A DNA stretch of 64,000 nucleotides, from contig CAVLCA010000012.1 in NCBI GenBank assembly GCA_963661495.1, positions 4,450 to 68,449 of the forward strand, written 5' to 3'. The translations under genes were made by a program, and so were the position numbers. The notes beneath the pieces were generated by a model. The model worked only from the letters and a program-made list of their open reading frames with translations, was not told the origin of the DNA and did no database searches. How positions within the stretch are numbered: the first letter of the stretch is position 1; every line of letters starts with the position of its first letter. Positions 59,434 through 64,000 of this stretch are shown piece after piece. The DNA is from a bacterium. GTDB taxonomy: Bacteria; Bacillota; Clostridia; Oscillospirales; Acutalibacteraceae.

Positions 59434-60561
59434 TTATCGTTTAGAACGATTTTTTCTTTTCAAAATTAAAAGTATAATTATAGCAATTACAGCAATAACT
59501 GCTACTACTGAACCTGCAATAATCCAAATGTTTTTTGAATTGCTTTGTTCATTTGAAGTAACTTCCTCTGTTTCATCAGGTTCTGTTGATTTGTCAAGTT
59601 TGCTTATAACATCAACAGCTTCATCTGTGGATAAATCTTCTGATATATTTGGAACATCAGCATCTTCATCTTGGAGTTTTTGTTGAAATTCCTTGATGAA
59701 TTTTGGTTTATCTTCATCACTTAACTTTCTAACATCGTCAACGCCATATTCCTTCAAAGTATCATTTAATATTTCTTGAACTTTTTCGTCATCAATATTG
59801 TTTGTTACTTCTTTAATAAATTCATTGGAATAACTGTTTTTATAGGTATCCTTAAGTGAATCAAAATCAACTATTTTATTATCATTTGAACCTGTTATAG
59901 TATTAAGATTTTTATTAAGTTCTTTTATAAAAGCATACTTATCTTTTACATCATCCAATGATTCAACGCCCTCTTGTCTAAGAGTGGTATCTACTGCTTC
60001 CATAAATTGTTTATCATCGGCGACCCAAGTATTAGATTTAACTGTTGTTGAGTTTGATTCAGTTGTAACCTTTGTAGTAGTTTTTGATGCTTCAGAAAAA
60101 CTTACATCAATACTTTTGCAATCAAGTTTTACGTCCTTGTATGTAACATCAAAAGTATCAGGTTGTGAATAAGAAAGCTCAATTTTTGAACTACCATTTG
60201 CACCATCTTCAGACTTTGCTGATAAAGTGAACAATGTACCATCGCTTGTAATGTTTTCTGTATAGTTCCAAACGACATCAAATGTACTATCATTCGTACC
60301 AAAATTTGTAACAAAATTGCCTTTGCTACAAAAATCACCTTTTGTAACTGACTTGATTTTTACTTTTGTTGAATCATATTTAACATTAAATTTAAATCCC
60401 ATCAAACCGGAATTACCTTCAATTTTAATTGGTATTAATGTTTCATTCTCTGTTAGTACAACATCATCAGCAAATACAGTAGGTGTTGTATCAGCAAAAG
60501 CAATGATATTAACTTGAAAAATCAGTAACAAAGTAACTATTAAAGCTAGAAATTTTTTCAT
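59434..60561 (-). CDS. Membrane-anchored cohesin-domain protein
   Basis: Signal peptide. Cohesin-like LIPIKIEGNSGLMGFKFNVKYDSTKVKIKSVTKGDF... Helical acidic linker. C-terminal span IWIIAGSVVAVIAVIAIIILLIL plus KRKNRSKR. Confidence 0.8.
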   Translation of the reverse strand: MKKFLALIVTLLLIFQVNIIAFADTTPTVFADDVVLTENETLIPIKIEGNSGLMGFKFNVKYDSTKVKIKSVTKGDFCSKGNFVTNFGTNDSTFDVVWNYTENITSDGTLFTLSAKSEDGANGSSKIELSYSQPDTFDVTYKDVKLDCKSIDVSFSEASKTTTKVTTESNSTTVKSNTWVADDKQFMEAVDTTLRQEGVESLDDVKDKYAFIKELNKNLNTITGSNDNKIVDFDSLKDTYKNSYSNEFIKEVTNNIDDEKVQEILNDTLKEYGVDDVRKLSDEDKPKFIKEFQQKLQDEDADVPNISEDLSTDEAVDVISKLDKSTEPDETEEVTSNEQSNSKNIWIIAGSVVAVIAVIAIIILLILKRKNRSKR

Positions 60562-60603
60562 AATTTACTTCCTAGCCAGCCACAAAAGTGACCGGCTTTA
60601 AAT

Positions 60604-63600
60604 TTATAATGTTTCTTTACCAACAAGGTATCTTGCAACCATGGCAGCATCCTTGTTATTTACATAACCATCACCGTTAACATCCATTGCCAGAATTTGA
60701 CATTCATCTGGTGTAATTTTGCTTACTTGGTACTTATTAAACATAACTACATCACGGTTACTAATAATACCATCACCTGTCATATCAGCAGTTACAATAA
60801 CCGTATTGGTATCAATAATCTCTCCATCTTTGTAAAGATTAATTTTTGTGCCAGTACCAACATTATCAGTAGAGTCTAATGTTGTTCCGTCAATTTTTAC
60901 GAATGAAAGTTCGGCATTTTGGAATTGTGCCATAATATCTTCAACTGTTGAATTGAACTTAATTCTTCTCAAATATCCAAGTGAATCATAATTTAATGTG
61001 CTGTTGTTAGATAAAACAATGTTATCGCTTGTTGAAGAGCCAACAGTCACAAGACAAGTTGCCTTTTCTTTTGATGAAGTAACAGTAGCTGTTATAGTTG
61101 CTATGCCTACACCAATTGCTTTTACAATACCATTTTCATCGACTGTAGCAACACCACCATCACTTGATGACCAAGTAATTTCCTCATTTGTTAAATTAGA
61201 TGGAGTTAAACTATAGGATAGGATTGAACTGTTTCCTTTATCCATAGTCAATTTATCACAGTTCAATGTGATGTAGGCATACTCTGATTCCTTTACATAT
61301 TTACCTGTCACAACTGTATCTTCAGTAATTGCATCGAAATCTTTATCCCATCCAGCAAATACATATCCTGGTACAGAATCAGTTGCTGGAGCTGTTGCAG
61401 ATTCGCCATAAAGAACAGTTTGTGTATCAAGTTCAGTGCCATCTTGCATTTGGAAGGTAACTGTATAAGGTATCGGGCTGTAATTAACATATAAATATAG
61501 TTCCCTAGTAACAGGTAATGATGTATCTAATTTATTTGTTAGTTCACTATCCATGTAAAATCCTTCACATGTATAACCGTTAATTTCAGCAATACTATGA
61601 AAATCTAATGTTTTGTTGTCTTCTGACAAAATTATAATATCATTTTCGAAATTTTCATTATGTATTGTTACAATATGATATTTTTTATTCGTATATCTAT
61701 ATACATCATTAGTTTCGTATTCACGTTTTTCATTTGATGTTGGAGCATCAGTTGTCCAGTTAGTCCACTGATAATAAGTAGCAATTTGATAGTGTGAACG
61801 ATACTGTATCTTGGTTCCGTTAACCTTTGTTTGCTTGAACCATTGCTGGCTATTATAGTTATAGTAACTTATGCTATCATCTGTGAAACCAGCAATGCTC
61901 AACTTTGATTCCAATGTAATAGTTTCGAGTGTGCAATCAAATCCACTAACCTCAGTAGGTGAATATTGAGTTGTTCCGTCACCATCAACATATTTGTAAT
62001 GTGAATATTGATAATTGGTTACTGTTGTATCTGCAACCTCTTGTGTGTCAACTTCAAAGTCTATTTTTGAAGAGTCAATAGAAATTTCTTCATCCTGCCA
62101 ATCTGTCCAATCCGAATACTTTGTTGAATCAAACAGCCATCCTTCTTCTTCATAGTTTGAAGCTTCTGTACCATTGCTTGTTTCTACAGTATTCTTGTAT
62201 CTATAGCCGGTATCATTTTCAAGCAAATACTCACTTGCATTTTGAATCACTTCTGATGGTAGTTCTGAATAAAGCATCCATTCGCTTGGCTCACCAGAAT
62301 TTATGCAATAATAGTTTGTAGTCTTTTCGCTATCATTCTTTCCAAGTGATGTAGCATAATAAGTAATTGAACAAGTTTTATCAACTGTTATTGAACCAGT
62401 ATAAATTTTTTCAGTGGTTTCATCATCATTCAAATAATAATAAATTACAGCATTTGAATCATCAACTGATAATGTCAAATTAAGTTTAGTGTCATACTCG
62501 CCACTATCATAATTAGCAACAGGTTCTTCAGTTGTTTCTTCAAAATAATATGCTGGATACACGTTAACATCGTGGCTAACATTTTCGTATTCTTCTGGAT
62601 TGAACCAACCTGCAAATTGTTTTCCATCACTTGATTCATCAACAGTGCTTGGAGCTTCAGCAGATGAATTATATTCAACTGTTTGAGTGTCGATCACATT
62701 GCCATCAAAATCATAGAAGTTAACCGTATAAGTATTAATATCATACTTTGCTGTTACGATCATATTTGATGTAACAATGGTATTGCCAGCATTAATTTCG
62801 TCCCAACCTTCACAGGTATAACCTTCAATATCGCTAAAATCAGGAGCTGTTAATACATCACCATATTCAAATATTTCTGTTTTTAGCACCTGGTTTGCCC
62901 AGTCAACAAAAACGACTGTAAATTCTTGCTTTTCAAAATCAGCATAAATATCTGTATCGGCAGTTATGTTTGTATTGGTCTTATCCCATCCTACAAAATT
63001 ATATCCTTCTTTTGTAGGATTTGAAGGTAGAGTCGCATTTTCGCCCTTAGTTACAAGCTGTGTATCAATTACTGTGCCATCCCAATCATAGAAATTAACA
63101 GTATATTGTGGCTTTGGAGCCTCAATTGTATCAATAGTGATTAAATCCGTTGTACCTTCAATACCGATAGCAACAGTGAAATCACCGGTTGCAATAGTAG
63201 GTTCTTCACGTAGTTTGAATGTGAACGAATATGAACCATCTTCTGCAACTGTTGATTGACCGATATACTCATTAGTATAATCAGATGCACCGGTATAACC
63301 ATAAACATATAGTGTAATCTGCTTGCCAGCGAAATCGCTTGATAGCTTGTTACTAATTGTATATTCTTTTCCAGAATCATCTTCAGTAGCCGCTGAAACA
63401 CTCTTGTATCTATAAACAGTTTGAGTTTCAACCTGCTTATTGCTTGTTGCAGTTATTTCCTCATCGCTCCAGTCGGACCAATCCTTCCAGCGATAGAAAT
63501 TATATGTATATTTTGTATCTCTGTATCTATATTGTGTTGCATAATTTGCAGACGTCTGAACCTGAGAAGTTGCCTGTGAGCAAGCATAAAGAACACAATA

Positions 63601-64000
63601 ATTAGATCCATTATAATACCACTTATAACCAGTTACTCCTTGGCTAGTAGTATATGCACCACCTAAAGCACTATCGAATGAATATGAATAGCTGTTAGGA
63701 TGATTTGATGTTTGCCAAGCAGAGCTATAGCCTCCTGAATATTGAGCTGCCCATCTATAATAATTCCATACTGTTTTATAGTTATATGATTTTACTGCAG
63801 ATTGGGTTTGTACTTCTCTTTTTGAACTCTCGTTTGTATAAGCACTTACACTACTCCATGACCATGAAGACCAGTTACCAACACTTTCAGATCTCGTTCC
63901 ATCATAAGTCCATCCTGTCAACGAAGTTGTGTTTCCGGTTGTTGTTTCTTTGTCGCTATATCTATATTGAACCTTGCTTTCAACTTCCAAATCGGTAGTA
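60604..64000 (-). CDS. Giant dockerin-bearing surface protein, 5'-truncated by the window edge
   Basis: The reading frame stays open to nt 64000 (the ORF-track start at 63990 is an internal TTG). Contains several Flg_new repeats (YTVNFYDWDGTVIDTQ...GWDK), a Big_2-like domain, recurring YRY...W-DWSDW motifs, and a C-terminal dockerin DMTGDGIISNRD...DVNGDGYVNNKD. Confidence 0.9.
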   Translation of the reverse strand, partial: TTDLEVESKVQYRYSDKETTTGNTTSLTGWTYDGTRSESVGNWSSWSWSSVSAYTNESSKREVQTQSAVKSYNYKTVWNYYRWAAQYSGGYSSAWQTSNHPNSYSYSFDSALGGAYTTSQGVTGYKWYYNGSNYCVLYACSQATSQVQTSANYATQYRYRDTKYTYNFYRWKDWSDWSDEEITATSNKQVETQTVYRYKSVSAATEDDSGKEYTISNKLSSDFAGKQITLYVYGYTGASDYTNEYIGQSTVAEDGSYSFTFKLREEPTIATGDFTVAIGIEGTTDLITIDTIEAPKPQYTVNFYDWDGTVIDTQLVTKGENATLPSNPTKEGYNFVGWDKTNTNITADTDIYADFEKQEFTVVFVDWANQVLKTEIFEYGDVLTAPDFSDIEGYTCEGWDEINAGNTIVTSNMIVTAKYDINTYTVNFYDFDGNVIDTQTVEYNSSAEAPSTVDESSDGKQFAGWFNPEEYENVSHDVNVYPAYYFEETTEEPVANYDSGEYDTKLNLTLSVDDSNAVIYYYLNDDETTEKIYTGSITVDKTCSITYYATSLGKNDSEKTTNYYCINSGEPSEWMLYSELPSEVIQNASEYLLENDTGYRYKNTVETSNGTEASNYEEEGWLFDSTKYSDWTDWQDEEISIDSSKIDFEVDTQEVADTTVTNYQYSHYKYVDGDGTTQYSPTEVSGFDCTLETITLESKLSIAGFTDDSISYYNYNSQQWFKQTKVNGTKIQYRSHYQIATYYQWTNWTTDAPTSNEKREYETNDVYRYTNKKYHIVTIHNENFENDIIILSEDNKTLDFHSIAEINGYTCEGFYMDSELTNKLDTSLPVTRELYLYVNYSPIPYTVTFQMQDGTELDTQTVLYGESATAPATDSVPGYVFAGWDKDFDAITEDTVVTGKYVKESEYAYITLNCDKLTMDKGNSSILSYSLTPSNLTNEEITWSSSDGGVATVDENGIVKAIGVGIATITATVTSSKEKATCLVTVGSSTSDNIVLSNNSTLNYDSLGYLRRIKFNSTVEDIMAQFQNAELSFVKIDGTTLDSTDNVGTGTKINLYKDGEIIDTNTVIVTADMTGDGIISNRDVVMFNKYQVSKITPDECQILAMDVNGDGYVNNKDAAMVARYLVGKETL

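Noticed and set aside
59050-59686. Plus-strand ORFs 59050..59238 (62 aa) and 59321..59686 (121 aa).
   Set aside because: The first has no RBS, and the following hairpin has its T-tract on the opposite strand. The second is antisense to the cohesin-gene 3' end and begins inside the GGGGTTCAA repeats.
1-64000. CRISPR arrays, transposases, integrases, prophage genes, rRNA and tRNA genes.
   Set aside because: None found. There are no regularly spaced repeat-spacer patterns, no DDE/tyrosine/serine recombinase motifs among the ORFs, and no cloverleaf-like or rRNA-like conserved stretches in the few intergenic regions.

Overview
This is a 64-kb chromosomal segment from a low-GC Gram-positive bacterium. 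Cohesin/dockerin genes, spoVAD, a T-box leader and a GEMM-I riboswitch suggest a Ruminococcus/Oscillospiraceae-like Clostridia member, but that is inference only. All but one of about 56 genes lie on the minus strand. In transcription order (right to left) the window contains: (1) A 5'-truncated giant dockerin-bearing surface protein, followed by a membrane-anchored cohesin protein. (2) gdhA. (3) A Trp-specifier T-box leader in front of a PF04392-type ABC importer. (4) A small AT-rich islet holding the only plus-strand gene (an XRE regulator) and a divergent small membrane protein. (5) A cbiM(PDGLE)-cbiQ-cbiO ECF transporter. (6) A c-di-GMP island. It comprises a REC/HD-GYP/GGDEF protein, a degenerate Hpt-like protein, and a class-I c-di-GMP riboswitch in front of a secreted protein. 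It also carries an operon encoding a 7TM HD-GYP sensor, a 1052-aa ectoprotein, a HEAT-repeat protein, a processive QRRRW GT2 synthase and a 739-aa ectoprotein. (7) A DivIVA-domain gene and a lone spoVAD. (8) A 19-kb Wzx/Wzy-type polysaccharide locus that ends in rfbABDC. (9) Under its own promoter, a 13-kb head-to-tail array of seven paralogous genes, the last truncated by the window edge. These encode an uncharacterised family of signal-peptide, three-span surface proteins with conserved ectodomains and hypervariable cytoplasmic loops. I consider this array the best candidate for an undescribed system. The c-di-GMP riboswitch and exopolysaccharide module is second. I found no rRNA, tRNA, CRISPR array, transposase or integrase. 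All homology statements come from reading motifs by eye; no database search was run.
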